Notes: generated by a model from the sequence alone, not told the origin. Positions 20,779 to 33,119 are shown, counted from the stretch's first letter. The stretch: 64,000 bases of DNA from Cellvibrionales bacterium (GCA_042090785.1 JBELIP010000008.1:18763-82762), one strand, 5' to 3'. Numbers and translations are program-made.

Positions 20779-21051
20779 TTAGTTGACGGCATCTTTTAAT
20801 GCTTTACCCGCTTTGAAGCCAGGAACGCGTGATGCTTTAATTTCAATAGGCTCACCAGTCTGTGGATTACGGCCCGTTCTAGCTGCTCGATCCTTAACCT
20901 GAAATGTACCAAAACCGACCAAAGCAACTTGATCACCCTCTTTCAAAGCATCAGCAATAGTATCGACAGTTGCATCAAGTGCTCTGCCAGCTGCTGCTTT
21001 AGAAATATCTGCAGACTGTGCAATCGCGTCAATTAAGTCTGATTTATTCAT
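20779..21051 (-). CDS. hupB: DNA-binding protein HU-beta
   Basis: 90 aa: [11 protein letters not shown]...[26 protein letters not shown]. Confidence 0.93.
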   Translation of the reverse strand: MNKSDLIDAIAQSADISKAAAGRALDATVDTIADALKEGDQVALVGFGTFQVKDRAARTGRNPQTGEPIEIKASRVPGFKAGKALKDAVN

Positions 21052-21242
21052 TCTTTGTCCCCTAGGAGTATTATTTAGAAGTAATGTTTATTTGAAGCTG
21101 AAAGCACCAACGCTGCCAACCATATATTCAATTTTTGTAAAGACAGCATTTTACACCAAGTGAGGCCGTAACGGTCAAGAAACCACGGCTTTACAGGGCC
21201 ATTTTATGCAAAAAAAGAGTTAAAAAAGGACTGGAAAATCAA

Positions 21243-21281
21243 AATAAAGCAAAAGCTGAAGACGCGGGCACGTCTTCAGCT
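21243..21281 (-). terminator. Intrinsic terminator after lon
   Basis: On the minus strand, GCTGAAGACG-tgcccg-CGTCTTCAGC is followed by TTTTGCTTTATTTT. Confidence 0.7.
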
Positions 21282-21300
21282 AAAAAGCCTCAAAAATCAA

Positions 21301-23739
21301 TCAATGTGTTTTTACGCGGCCATCCTGACCACAGTCAGAATTGTTATCCCCTTGGACGTTCGCTGCGGTTCCAGCTGTTTGATTAAATGCCTCATCGCTC
21401 AAAGGATCAGGCATTCTCTCTAGAGCAATCTCTAGCACTTCATCTAACCATTTCACCGGTTTAATAGTCAGCGCATCTTTAATATTCTCTGGAATATCTT
21501 TGAGGTCGCGCTCATTTTCATCGGGAATAACAACAGTTTTAATGCCACCACGATGGGCAGCAAGAAGTTTTTCTTTTAACCCACCAATGGGCAGTACTTG
21601 ACCTCGCAAGGTAATTTCTCCGGTCATAGCGACATCCGAACGCACAGGAATTTGAGTTAGCGATGAAACCAGTGCCGTACACATCCCAACACCAGCGCTT
21701 GGTCCATCTTTTGGCGTTGCACCTTCTGGTACATGGAAATGACAATCAACTTTTTCATGGAAATTAGCCGCCACTCCCAACACTTGAGCGCGCGAACGAA
21801 CAACCGTAGTTGCCGCAAGAATTGACTCTTGCATAACGTCACCCAACGAACCTGTTTTAACCTGTCGGCCTTTACCTGGCACGGTAGCAACCTCGATGGT
21901 GAGTAACTCGCCCCCCACCTGCGTCCAAGCTAAGCCCGTAACCTGACCAATACGGTTTTCTTCATCCGCCTGGCCGTATTTGAATTTCTCAACACCACTA
22001 TAAACAGCTAAGTTATCTTCATTAATAATGACAGGCGCACTGACCTCTTTCGCTGTAATGGCTTTAACAACTTTACGAATAACCTTGGCGATTTGTCGAT
22101 CTAATGAACGCACTCCCGCTTCACGCGTATAGTGACGAATCAGTGAAACCAATGCAGAATTTTCTACCTGTAATTCACCTGCTTTAACACCATTATCTTT
22201 AAGCTGCTTTGGCAATAAATAACGCTCAGCAATATTCAACTTTTCGTCTTCGGTATAACCAGGAATACGAATAACTTCCATACGATCAAGCAGCGGCGCA
22301 GGAATATTCATAGAGTTGGATGTACAGACAAACATGATATCTGACAAATCATAATCAACTTCAAGATAGTGATCATTAAAGGTATGGTTCTGTTCTGGAT
22401 CTAACACTTCTAACAAGGCTGATGCCGGGTCACCGCGATTATCCATACCCATTTTATCTATTTCATCTAACAAAAATAATGGGTTTTTAACGCCTGTCTT
22501 AGAAAGTTTTTGAATGATTTTTCCGGGCATTGAACCAATGTAAGTACGTCGGTGACCACGAATTTCTGACTCATCTCGTACACCACCAAGCGCCATACGC
22601 ACAAACTTACGATTGGTGGCTCGCGCTAAAGATTCACCTAATGAGGTTTTACCTACCCCCGGTGGACCAACCAAACATAACACCGGCCCTTTTAATTTCT
22701 TGACGCGCTTTTGAACCGCAAGGTATTCAACTATGCGATCTTTTACTTCTTCCAAACCAAAGTGATCTTCGTTTAGAATTTTTTCTGCGCGAATTAAATC
22801 ATGACGAATTTTACTGCGCTTTTTCCACGGCACACCAACTAAGCAATCTATATAGCTTCTAACGACAGATGCTTCGGCTGACATCGGTGACATCATTTTC
22901 AGCTTGGATAATTCGGCGTTGACTTTTTTCTCGGCCTCTTCTGGCATACCTGCTTCATTTATTTTATTTTGCAGCTCATCAAATTCGTTAGGGACTTCTT
23001 CCATATCGCCGAGTTCTTTTTGAATGGCTTTCATCTGCTCATTGAGATAATACTCGCGCTGAGATTTTTCCATTTGCTTTTTAACGCGGCCGCGAATCTT
23101 TTTCTCGACACGATGAAGGTCAATTTCTTCATCCATAAAACCCATTAATAACTCAGCGCGTTCAGCAACTTCAAGCGCTTCAAGAATTTCTTGTTTCTGA
23201 TTGACTTCTAAGGCTAAGTGAGTAGCAATAGTATCGACAAAGCGAGCAACAGAATCGATACCAGAGAGTGAAGATAATACTTCGGCAGGTACTTTTTTAC
23301 TGACTTTAACGTACTGCTCAAATTGTGAATTCAAAACGGCTATTAACTCTGCCGCAGATTTATCGTCAGCTGCATGCTCATCAATTAATTCAACTTCAGC
23401 ATCAATAAAGGCTAGGCCATCGTCTTCATCCATGCTCTCGATTTCTTGCATTGATAAGATAGTTGCTCGGCTGCCACCTTCGACTAATACTTTAACCGTC
23501 CCATCGGGGAGTTTAAGCATTTGTAAAATAGTAGAGACAGTACCAACGGTATAAAGCGTTTCGACCGAGGGATCATCGACCTCAGCTTCCATTTGAGAAA
23601 CTAACAGTATTTGTTTGTCGGCTGACATAGCCGCATCAAGGGCTCTAATTGATTTTTCACGACCAACAAAAAGGGGAACAACCATTTGCGGGTAAACGAC
23701 AACATCACGTAATGGTAGTAGCGGAAGCTTTAAGGCCAT
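21301..23739 (-). CDS. lon: ATP-dependent Lon protease
   Basis: 812 aa with an N-terminal LON domain ([23 protein letters not shown]), Walker [12 protein letters not shown], and the protease Ser motif [11 protein letters not shown]. Confidence 0.98.
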   Translation of the reverse strand: MALKLPLLPLRDVVVYPQMVVPLFVGREKSIRALDAAMSADKQILLVSQMEAEVDDPSVETLYTVGTVSTILQMLKLPDGTVKVLVEGGSRATILSMQEIESMDEDDGLAFIDAEVELIDEHAADDKSAAELIAVLNSQFEQYVKVSKKVPAEVLSSLSGIDSVARFVDTIATHLALEVNQKQEILEALEVAERAELLMGFMDEEIDLHRVEKKIRGRVKKQMEKSQREYYLNEQMKAIQKELGDMEEVPNEFDELQNKINEAGMPEEAEKKVNAELSKLKMMSPMSAEASVVRSYIDCLVGVPWKKRSKIRHDLIRAEKILNEDHFGLEEVKDRIVEYLAVQKRVKKLKGPVLCLVGPPGVGKTSLGESLARATNRKFVRMALGGVRDESEIRGHRRTYIGSMPGKIIQKLSKTGVKNPLFLLDEIDKMGMDNRGDPASALLEVLDPEQNHTFNDHYLEVDYDLSDIMFVCTSNSMNIPAPLLDRMEVIRIPGYTEDEKLNIAERYLLPKQLKDNGVKAGELQVENSALVSLIRHYTREAGVRSLDRQIAKVIRKVVKAITAKEVSAPVIINEDNLAVYSGVEKFKYGQADEENRIGQVTGLAWTQVGGELLTIEVATVPGKGRQVKTGSLGDVMQESILAATTVVRSRAQVLGVAANFHEKVDCHFHVPEGATPKDGPSAGVGMCTALVSSLTQIPVRSDVAMTGEITLRGQVLPIGGLKEKLLAAHRGGIKTVVIPDENERDLKDIPENIKDALTIKPVKWLDEVLEIALERMPDPLSDEAFNQTAGTAANVQGDNNSDCGQDGRVKTH

Positions 23740-23901
23740 TTTATACCTCTAAAATAACGGATAGATGGTGTTAGCCTTGGGCTTGCAGCACATCAATAGC
23801 GCCTAATAAAAACTCTTTGGCAAATACACCTTGTTTAGATTAAGTTATACGTTAATAGATCTCAATAAGACCAAAACACACATAACGATTCAAACACTAT
23901 T

Positions 23902-23933
23902 GATATATGGAGCCACAAATCCAATTTACAACC
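23902..23933 (-). promoter_or_regulatory. Candidate sigma-32 (heat-shock) promoter for lon
   Basis: The minus strand reads GTTGTAAA-N12-CTCCATATAT. This resembles the sigma-32 consensus CTTGAAA-N13-14-CCCCATNT and the E. coli lon promoter as I recall it. It sits about 165 nt upstream of the lon ATG. Confidence 0.4.
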
Positions 23934-23973
23934 CCTCTAAAGACTGTTGATTAAAGCCATTAGAGGGTGTGGT

Positions 23974-25251
23974 TTAAGATTCGTCTGAAGCAGTTTTAGC
24001 TGTATCTTGATAAACAATTAAAGGTTCCGAGTCGCCTGTTATTACCGAGCTATCAATAACGACTTTGGAAACGCCCACTTGTGAAGGGATTTTATACATG
24101 GTGTCTAATAATACTGACTCGAGTATTGAGCGAAGACCTCGAGCACCCGTTTTGCGCACCATCGCTCGCGTCGCAATTGCGCGCAAAGCATCTTCACGAA
24201 AATCGATATCAACACCTTCCATTTCAAACAGCTTTCCATACTGTCGAGTCAATGAATTTTTAGGCTCAGTCAAAATCCGCACTAAAGCGTCTTGATCAAG
24301 CTCTTCAAGTGTCGCAATGACAGGCAAGCGCCCAACAAATTCAGGAATTAAACCGTATCGAACTAAATCTTCTGGCTCTAAATCCTGTAACACCTCACCA
24401 AAATCTTTTTTCTCATCCTTGCTTTTTACTTCGGCGTTAAAACCAATACCGCTCTTTTCAGAACGATCACGAATCACTTTATCCAACCCAGCAAACGCGC
24501 CGCCACAAATAAATAAAATGTTAGAGGTATCAACTTGAAGAAACTCTTGCTGAGGATGTTTTCGACCACCTTGTGGCGGTACAGAAGCAACCGTGCCTTC
24601 AATCAACTTCAATAAGGCCTGCTGAACCCCCTCGCCGGAAACGTCACGGGTAATTGATGGGTTATCTGATTTTCTGGAAATTTTGTCAATTTCATCAATA
24701 TAAACGATACCAACCTGAGCTTTTTCTACATCGTAATCGCACTTTTGCAATAACTTTTGAATAATGTTTTCAACATCTTCGCCCACATAACCGGCTTCGG
24801 TTAAGGTGGTTGCATCGGCAATAGTAAAGGGCACATCTAACAATCGCGCTAAGGTTTCGGCTAGAAGTGTTTTACCACTTCCCGTTGGGCCAACCAGTAA
24901 GATATTACTTTTACCTAACTCTATGCCTTCTTTTTCTACACTATCGTGGCGTAAACGCTTGTAGTGGTTGTATACAGCTACGGCGAGGACTTTTTTAGCA
25001 CGCTGTTGACCAATAACATATTCATCAAGAATATTATCAATCTCAACTGGTGTTGGTAATTGGTCTTGCCCACCTTCTGATGTGCTTTCTTGAACTTCTT
25101 CACGAATAATATCGTTACAAAGGTCCACACATTCATCACAAATAAATACCGAGGGGCCGGCTATTAATTTGCGAACTTCGTGCTGGCTTTTGCCACAAAA
25201 CGAACAGTAAAGCAGTTTTCCGTTATCGCCGTCTTTGCTGTCTTCAGTCAT
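23974..25251 (-). CDS. clpX: ATP-dependent Clp protease ATP-binding subunit ClpX
   Basis: 425 aa with the zinc-binding N-terminus [27 protein letters not shown] and Walker [12 protein letters not shown]. Confidence 0.98.
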   Translation of the reverse strand: MTEDSKDGDNGKLLYCSFCGKSQHEVRKLIAGPSVFICDECVDLCNDIIREEVQESTSEGGQDQLPTPVEIDNILDEYVIGQQRAKKVLAVAVYNHYKRLRHDSVEKEGIELGKSNILLVGPTGSGKTLLAETLARLLDVPFTIADATTLTEAGYVGEDVENIIQKLLQKCDYDVEKAQVGIVYIDEIDKISRKSDNPSITRDVSGEGVQQALLKLIEGTVASVPPQGGRKHPQQEFLQVDTSNILFICGGAFAGLDKVIRDRSEKSGIGFNAEVKSKDEKKDFGEVLQDLEPEDLVRYGLIPEFVGRLPVIATLEELDQDALVRILTEPKNSLTRQYGKLFEMEGVDIDFREDALRAIATRAMVRKTGARGLRSILESVLLDTMYKIPSQVGVSKVVIDSSVITGDSEPLIVYQDTAKTASDES

Positions 25252-25350
25252 GGGATATAAACCTCATACCTTAATGTAAATTTTTGAATGTGATTTGATC
25301 AATCTGATCATTTCAACCGTGTCGATGACGCATAGCGAAAGGCTACTGCT

Positions 25351-25387
25351 CATACTTTTAAGCTATATGTCATACCTTTAAGCTATA
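25351..25387. repeat. 17-nt direct repeat pair in the clpP-clpX spacer
   Basis: catacttttaagctata (25351-25367) and catacctttaagctata (25371-25387) differ by one mismatch and are 3 nt apart. Confidence 0.8.
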
Positions 25388-25745
25388 AACAGGCATATCT
25401 TACGGCTATTTTTGACATCCCTTTATACGAAAACGCTCCGCTTTTTAAAAGGCTTTTCTTGTATTAGTAACTCTAGCACTAGTATGAATAAATAGTTTGC
25501 TTGAGAGCCATAATTACGCCCACGCAGACCACAAATTGAGACAGAATCAGGAAAAGCCAATAAGGGTTACGTTTTTTATAATTAAATTCTAGGTAAAACT
25601 TTATTAAATCAAGGGCTTAGTCATATATATAACGACTAATATTATATACGGCACAAGCCCTTTGATGGATTATTTTTTGTCACCACTGTAATCGGCAACA
25701 CAGGCTTGCCAATAAACAAGTGACAAGCCTTTACCTGCTTTAAAC

Positions 25746-26399
25746 TTAAGATTTAACCGTTTCAGGCTCACGAGCACCGAGTACTTCATCAACTAGACCA
25801 TACTCTTTAGCTGTTAGCGCATCCATAAAGTTATCACGCTCAGTATCGGCTTGAATAGTCTCTATTGACTGCCCCGTGTGATCGGCCAGTAAGCGGTTCA
25901 ATTTCTCACGGATAATTAAAATTTCTTTGGCCTGAATATCAATATCTGTAGCCTGACCTTGAGCGCCGCCACTTGGTTGGTGAATCATGACTCGGGAGTT
26001 AGGCTGACAAAAACGCTTACCTTTAGCACCACCGGCTAATAAAAAAGCACCCATACTGGCCGCTTGACCAAGACACACTGTACTCACGTCTGGCTTAATA
26101 AATTGCATGGTATCGTAAATAGCAAGACCAGCTGTCACTGCACCACCGGGTGAGTTGATATACAAACTAATATCTTTGTCAGGATTTTCTGATTCTAAAA
26201 ATAGCAACTGAGCCACAATAAGGTTAGCCATATTGTCTTCAACAGGCCCAACAACAAAAATAACTCGTTCTTTTAATAACCGTGAATAGATATCAAAAGA
26301 TCGTTCACCTCTGGCTGTCTGCTCCACCACCATGGGAACTAATCCCAGATTTTTAATCGCATCACTACCATTCGTTTCGATCAATTTTTGTACTCCCAA
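25746..26399 (-). CDS. clpP: ATP-dependent Clp protease proteolytic subunit
   Basis: Colinear with E. coli ClpP: [40 protein letters not shown] and VMIHQPSGG. The start is uncertain. The longest ORF starts at the TTG at 26399, but the TTG at 26384 has GGAG 8 nt upstream and may be the real start. Confidence 0.95.
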   Translation of the reverse strand: MGVQKLIETNGSDAIKNLGLVPMVVEQTARGERSFDIYSRLLKERVIFVVGPVEDNMANLIVAQLLFLESENPDKDISLYINSPGGAVTAGLAIYDTMQFIKPDVSTVCLGQAASMGAFLLAGGAKGKRFCQPNSRVMIHQPSGGAQGQATDIDIQAKEILIIREKLNRLLADHTGQSIETIQADTERDNFMDALTAKEYGLVDEVLGAREPETVKS

Positions 26400-26495
26400 T
26401 AAGGTAATCAGTTAGAGTGTTACCAATTCTACGATATAGAATATCCATCGCTGTTTTCTGCATTTTTGACCATCCTCAGTTCACAAATAAGATAA

Positions 26496-26534
26496 TCAAA
26501 AAAGCGACTACACCTTCGCCAAGTGTAGTCGCTT
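26496..26534 (-). terminator. Intrinsic terminator after tig
   Basis: On the minus strand, AGCGACTACAC-ttggcgaag-GTGTAGTCGCT is followed by TTTTTT. Confidence 0.7.
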
Positions 26535-26585
26535 AGATACTGCTATGCTAAGCAATTTCTGCAAATAAGCCAAGGATATTCCGGC

Positions 26586-27899
26586 TTAATTTGCTCCTGC
26601 TTGAGCGGTCTGTACAACATCGTCATAAGAGCTCGCTTTTTCTGTGACCTGTGCAACTTCAAGCACTTTCTCAACGACGGTTTTCTCAACCAACATCAAC
26701 TGTACTTGCTGCATACGAGTATCATCACTCATATAATGCTTTTTAACTTCTTCAGGCTCATCGTATGACGCGGCAAGGTCTTCGATAAAGGCAATCAGCT
26801 GTTCGCGATCAGGCTTCACTTCAAAATGTTCAACCGCTTGGCTCAAAATAACACCTAATGCCACACGCTTACGCGCTTGTTCTTCAAAAAGAGTATCAGG
26901 CAATAGGGACATGTCAAAATTCTCGGCCGCCGCACCAAACTGAGTCAACGACTGTTGACGCAAAGTATTAACTTCGTCGGCAACCATCGCAGCAGGTAAA
27001 TCCACTTTATTGTTTTCAAATAAAGCATCCATAACTTGCTGCTTGGTGTGACGTTCAATCGCATCAGCCAATTGACTCGTCATATTTTCTCTAACTTTCA
27101 CTTTAAAGTCTTCAAGATCACCATCAACCTCGAATTTCGCAAAAAACGCTGCATCCATTTCTGGTAGTTTTTTCTCGCTAACAGTATTAACTGTCACTTT
27201 AAACTCGACAGCTGCACCTTTAAGATCTTCAGAGTGATAATCATCTGGGAAAGTTAGACTTAAAACTCGCTCTTCACCAGCTTTAGCACCTTCTAAGCCC
27301 GCTTCAAAACCATCAATCATGCGTTTTGAGCCTAACTCTAAATCAGTACCCTCAGCGCTTCCACCTTCAAAAGCTTCACCGTCTTTAGTGCCTGCAAAAT
27401 CAATATTTACCTGATCACCATCCGCAGCAGCACGCTCAACGGCTTCCCAAGTTGATTGTTGATCTAATAATTTATCAATCATGTCTTGAATATCATCATC
27501 GCTAACATCAGCCGTTAGCTTTTCAACGGAGATTGAAGAACAATCGGCAAGCTCTACTTCTGGGTAAACTTCGAAAGTAGCAACAAACTCAAAAGCTTGG
27601 CCTTCTTCATTTTTTGTAGGCTCTATAGAGGGCTGACCAACAGGTCGTAATTCTTCTTGCATAACCGCTTTCTGAAAAGTTTGGTTAGCTAATTCGCTAA
27701 TAACTTCGGCACGAACCGAGTCACCAAAACGCTGCTTAACAACCTTGCGTGGCACCTTACCTGGACGGAAACCATCCAAACGAATTTTCTTAGCTGTACT
27801 AGCAATACGGTTATTCACTTCAGTATCAATTTGCTCAGCGGGTATAGCTACGGTGAGTTTACGCTCTAACCCTTCAGTCGCTTCGACGGAAACCTGCAT
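26586..27899 (-). CDS. tig: Trigger factor
   Basis: The start was trimmed to the ATG at 27899. This gives MQVSVEATEGLERKLTVAIPAEQID, the same N-terminus as E. coli Tig (MQVSVETTQGLGRR...). A central FKBP region is present (GFRPGKVP). Confidence 0.95.
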   Translation of the reverse strand: MQVSVEATEGLERKLTVAIPAEQIDTEVNNRIASTAKKIRLDGFRPGKVPRKVVKQRFGDSVRAEVISELANQTFQKAVMQEELRPVGQPSIEPTKNEEGQAFEFVATFEVYPEVELADCSSISVEKLTADVSDDDIQDMIDKLLDQQSTWEAVERAAADGDQVNIDFAGTKDGEAFEGGSAEGTDLELGSKRMIDGFEAGLEGAKAGEERVLSLTFPDDYHSEDLKGAAVEFKVTVNTVSEKKLPEMDAAFFAKFEVDGDLEDFKVKVRENMTSQLADAIERHTKQQVMDALFENNKVDLPAAMVADEVNTLRQQSLTQFGAAAENFDMSLLPDTLFEEQARKRVALGVILSQAVEHFEVKPDREQLIAFIEDLAASYDEPEEVKKHYMSDDTRMQQVQLMLVEKTVVEKVLEVAQVTEKASSYDDVVQTAQAGAN

Positions 27900-28052
27900 G
27901 GATTTTACCTCTATCATTCATTCTATTCCGGCCACTGAGATTAATCGTCAGGTGCGCGGGAGTTCTATTTGGCTTTTTGAATTACTTGCTGAGCAACCTT
28001 TATTGACGCTTAGGCGCTTATTAATACGCAGGCCAACAAAGGTTATTTATTA

Positions 28053-28137
28053 TGGTGCGGACGGAGAGACTCGAACTCTCACGGGTTGCCCCACTGGAAC
28101 CTAAATCCAGCGCGTATACCAATTTCGCCACGTCCGC
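28053..28137 (-). tRNA. tRNA-Leu (anticodon UAG)
   Basis: I folded the cloverleaf by hand. It has acceptor GCGGACG/CGTCCGC + ACCA, anticodon stem CTGGA/TCCAG with loop TT-TAG-GT, a long variable arm, and T-arm GAGAG-TTCGAGT-CTCTC. Confidence 0.93.
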
Positions 28138-28364
28138 AAATTCGGCTTGGTCAAACGAGCCATTTGCTACTTAACTTTTCTTTTTGCCAGACACCTTAAC
28201 CGCTTAGGCAACTAATTGTTACGCCTGCCAAAAAAGGATGCGGATTCTCCCATACTTAGGCCGTATTGATCAACCATTCCAAGGCTAAAAAGCCTAATCT
28301 TGGCATGTTTAAGTCGATTTACACTGTTAAATGAATATTTAGCGCTGTAAATAGACAAACTCTT

Positions 28365-28390
28365 GTAAAAAAGGGGGCTTTCGCCCCCGC
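28365..28390 (-). terminator. Intrinsic terminator after fadA
   Basis: On the minus strand, GGGGGC-gaaa-GCCCCC is followed by TTTTTT. Confidence 0.75.
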
Positions 28391-28468
28391 TTATGACCAA
28401 AAATAGCTGCTGTATATAAAACTTGAGTCAGCCCAAATTACCTCAATGGAATAGCCTCAAACGGACAA

Positions 28469-29695
<1,227 letters not shown>

Positions 29696-29752
29696 TTATT
29701 TCGTTAAGTTGGGCTAATTTCCATTATTAAATAGCGATGATTTAACTCGCTA

Positions 29753-31891
29753 TTAATAAAAAGTTCGCCCTTCTTTTGCCATAGTTTCTAGACTATCGAG
29801 CAACGCATACTCTGGCCCAAGATCACTAAACTGTTTAGCTTTATCACAAAACGCTTGAATGCCTACGGTGTCTAGGTAGCGGAAAATGCCACCTCTAAAC
29901 GGTGGAAAGCCAACACCCATAATAACGGCCATGTCAGCCTCTGCTGGCGTCGCCACAATACCTTCGTCTAAACAGCGCACCATCTCTAAGGCCATAGGAA
30001 TCATTAGGCGATCAATAATGATTTCATCTTCCATTGTCACACTTGAATCAACATGCCCTTCAAGCAAAGCAGCCACACTCTCATCGGCCACTTTCTGAAT
30101 ACGACCTTTTTTATCTGGTGCATATTGATAAAAACCCGAGCTGTTTTTCTGGCCTAAGCGACCGGCATCAAATAGGACTTCTGCAGCACTTTTAAAACTG
30201 GGCTGCATGCGATCAGGAAAAGCGCCTGCCATTACCTGCGCAGCATGCTTGCAAGTATCTAAGCCAACCACATCCTGTAAATACGCAGGGCCCATTGGCC
30301 AACCCCAACGCTCCATGACTTTATCTATGTGAGTAAAAGCAACGCCCTCTTTCATTAAGCGGTTGGCACTTCCCAAATAAGGGAATAAAACGCGATTCAC
30401 TAAAAAGCCTGCACAGTCGTTAACAAGCACTGGCGTTTTACCTAGCGATACGGCATAGCTCATTGCCTTCGCAACGGCTGCATCGCTACTTTTTTCACCT
30501 CGAATAACCTCTACTAAAGGCATTTTATGAACGGGATTAAAAAAGTGCATGCCACAAAAGTTTTCAGGGCGCTTTAAGGCTTCGGCTAATTCACTAATTT
30601 GAATCGTCGAGGTGTTTGAACACAAAATAGCATCGTCAGCCATAAGCGCTTCACACTCGGCAAGCACTATCTTTTTAACCTTGGCGTTTTCTACAACGGC
30701 CTCAACAACCACTTCGGCATTTTCAATACCCGAGTAATCTAACGTTGGGCGGATTTTATTAAGCGCTGCAGCCATCTCACTCGCAGACATTTTACCGCGG
30801 CCGACTAACTTACCAAACAATGTACCAGCTTCAGCCATACCTGCATCTAAGCCTTGCTGGGCAATATCTTTCATTAATATTGGCACGCCTTTAGAGGCCG
30901 ACTGATAGGCAATACCACCACCCATAATGCCTGCACCTAACACAGCGGTTTGCTTCACGTTACCAACGCTGGCAGCCAGTGTTTTTGCTTTTTTGGAGAC
31001 TGCCTGCTCATTCAAGAATAAACCGACGAGACTACTTGCCACATCGGTAAACGCTAAATCAACAAAATGCTCAATTTCAACTTTTATTGCTTCGTCACGA
31101 TTCATAATGACGTTTTTCTCAATGGCTTTTAAGCCTGACATTGGCGCTGGGTAATTACGACCCGCTTGGGCAGCAATAAAACCACCGGCACTGACAAACG
31201 CCATTAATCGCTCCATATCATTAAGTAATATGGGCACTTTCTTTTCTTCACGGCGCTTATTGAAATCAAGATCTCCAGCTATGGCTGATGCCAGCATATC
31301 AAGTGCAACCGAGCGCACTTGATCTAACGGTACCACTGTATCGACAGCGCCAAGGGCAAGCGCTTCTGGCGCTTTAACGTGTTTACCACTACAGATCCAT
31401 TCAACCGCGTTATCACAACCCATGAGTCGCGGTGCACGAACTGTACCACCGTAACCAGGTATAAGGCCCAACTTCACTTCTGGAAAACCTACCGCCGCCA
31501 CATCAGCACAAACGCGATATTCAGCAGTTAGGGCCAACTCAAAACCACCACCTAAAGCAAAGCCATTAATGGCTACAACCTTAGGAAAAGGCAAATCTTC
31601 TAAACCATTAAATATGGCATGAACATCTAACATCGATTCGGCAATGGATTCTTTAGTGCCATTAAATAAGTCGGTGAACTCAGTAATGTCAGCACCAACA
31701 ATAAAGGCATTTTTGCCACTACTTATTAAAAGACCTGTCACCGATTTATCCGCCGATAACAGATCAACAACCTGTTTAATTTCAAGCACTGTTGCTATAT
31801 CGAGCTTATTGACACTGCCGGCTGCATCAAAGCACAGCTCAGCAATACCGTTATCTATTTTTTTAAGAGAAAGATTTTTACCTTCGAACAT
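29753..31891 (-). CDS. fadB: Fatty-acid oxidation complex alpha subunit (enoyl-CoA hydratase / 3-hydroxyacyl-CoA dehydrogenase)
   Basis: The start was trimmed to the ATG at 31891 (MFEGKNLSL...DNGIAELCFDA), with GGAGA 8 nt upstream. It has a crotonase N-terminal half (INGFALGGGFELAL) and an NAD-binding half (AVLGAGIMGGGIA). Confidence 0.95.
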   Translation of the reverse strand: MFEGKNLSLKKIDNGIAELCFDAAGSVNKLDIATVLEIKQVVDLLSADKSVTGLLISSGKNAFIVGADITEFTDLFNGTKESIAESMLDVHAIFNGLEDLPFPKVVAINGFALGGGFELALTAEYRVCADVAAVGFPEVKLGLIPGYGGTVRAPRLMGCDNAVEWICSGKHVKAPEALALGAVDTVVPLDQVRSVALDMLASAIAGDLDFNKRREEKKVPILLNDMERLMAFVSAGGFIAAQAGRNYPAPMSGLKAIEKNVIMNRDEAIKVEIEHFVDLAFTDVASSLVGLFLNEQAVSKKAKTLAASVGNVKQTAVLGAGIMGGGIAYQSASKGVPILMKDIAQQGLDAGMAEAGTLFGKLVGRGKMSASEMAAALNKIRPTLDYSGIENAEVVVEAVVENAKVKKIVLAECEALMADDAILCSNTSTIQISELAEALKRPENFCGMHFFNPVHKMPLVEVIRGEKSSDAAVAKAMSYAVSLGKTPVLVNDCAGFLVNRVLFPYLGSANRLMKEGVAFTHIDKVMERWGWPMGPAYLQDVVGLDTCKHAAQVMAGAFPDRMQPSFKSAAEVLFDAGRLGQKNSSGFYQYAPDKKGRIQKVADESVAALLEGHVDSSVTMEDEIIIDRLMIPMALEMVRCLDEGIVATPAEADMAVIMGVGFPPFRGGIFRYLDTVGIQAFCDKAKQFSDLGPEYALLDSLETMAKEGRTFY

Positions 31892-31988
31892 TGTTGCTGT
31901 CTCCAAACTTACTAATGGTTAGCGTTAGTTTTTATCTTTAAAATAATAATGATCAATTGATACAAATCACACTTTACAACCTTCAAAC

Positions 31989-33119
31989 CTAGCCAGTAAG
32001 ACAGGCTGGGTCAAAACGATACTGCTCTTCTAACCAGCCGACAATTTCTGCTGCATACACTGAAGAGTAACAACTGTATTTTTTTATCAATAGCGTTTTT
32101 TCACTCGTCGAAATGTTATCTAGGCCTTGAACTTGAAACCGCTCTATATCGGCTAATACATCGGCGGCTAGATCATCACCCATTTGCTGTTGAGCAAATT
32201 GCTGCCAATAAGTATTAACTTTTTTCTTAATCGCACCCTCAAATGCACCCTGACCATCAAGGCTAACACTCTGCGAGGCCGTTTGCGCATATTGAAAAGC
32301 CAATGTCGCCAAAGGTAACTGCGATAAATAGGCCTGATTCATCGGGTTAGCAAAATGGCCTGCTGTTAACTGCGACAGAAATACTGGCGAATCAAACGCT
32401 TTTAAATGCAAGTGACGGCTCAACTTTTGGCCGTCATTCACGGGGTAATTATCCCACAGTACCGGTGGTCGCTGTAACTGCTCAGTGATTAACTCTAAGT
32501 TATCTTTACTATAAGTCGCACTACAAACTTGCTCACCAGTCCAAAAAAAATCAATATCAGCATCTAAGCCATTACCCAGTGTCTGCCAATAATCAGAAGG
32601 CCGCGGGCCAAATAGCTTTTCTAATATCGGGTCCGTCGTATAATACGATGGACAAACAATAATATGCTTTGCCTTAGCTTTTAACCGAATCCTGTCACAT
32701 AACGCCAACTGCAAAGAAGCCATTTGCTCACCGCTTGAAGGCACATCATCAAACAATATACACAGTAGATCCGTAGATATATCAGCTATTTGATCAAGCT
32801 TATTATCAAGCTGAGCTAAAGCATTTTGTGCCGACTTAGCATCCATACCACTATCGCTCGCATCACATAAACCAACAGGCGAAATACCCAAGCCAAAAAC
32901 CATACCCTGCCGTTGAAAATCACGCGCGCATTGTTTTAAGGCATCCATCTCGGTATTTGTCCAAGGCTCAGCCCAACGAGCTCTTAGCTTGGCATCCGAC
33001 TTCGGTGCATAGATGTAGGCGTTTAAACCGACACTCGTCATAAATTGGGGATAATCTCGCCGCGCAGCCCACGACCAAGATGTTCCATAAAAACCTTCTA
33101 TGATGCCAAGGTAACGCAA
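31989..33119 (-). CDS. GH84-like (O-GlcNAcase / beta-N-acetylglucosaminidase fold) protein, no signal peptide
   Basis: 376 aa with motifs I associate with GH84 catalytic domains: GIIEGFYGTSWS at the N-terminus, the catalytic Asp pair in CILFDDVP, and WDNYPVND. TTG start. Confidence 0.65.
   Translation of the reverse strand: MRYLGIIEGFYGTSWSWAARRDYPQFMTSVGLNAYIYAPKSDAKLRARWAEPWTNTEMDALKQCARDFQRQGMVFGLGISPVGLCDASDSGMDAKSAQNALAQLDNKLDQIADISTDLLCILFDDVPSSGEQMASLQLALCDRIRLKAKAKHIIVCPSYYTTDPILEKLFGPRPSDYWQTLGNGLDADIDFFWTGEQVCSATYSKDNLELITEQLQRPPVLWDNYPVNDGQKLSRHLHLKAFDSPVFLSQLTAGHFANPMNQAYLSQLPLATLAFQYAQTASQSVSLDGQGAFEGAIKKKVNTYWQQFAQQQMGDDLAADVLADIERFQVQGLDNISTSEKTLLIKKYSCYSSVYAAEIVGWLEEQYRFDPACLTG

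Noticed and set aside
27745-28104. 119-aa plus-strand ORF
   Set aside because: It is antisense to the tig start region and runs into tRNA-Leu. It has no independent support.
28212-28400. 62-aa minus-strand ORF between fadA and tRNA-Leu
   Set aside because: It contains the fadA intrinsic terminator hairpin within its first codons and has no motif. I treat it as spurious.
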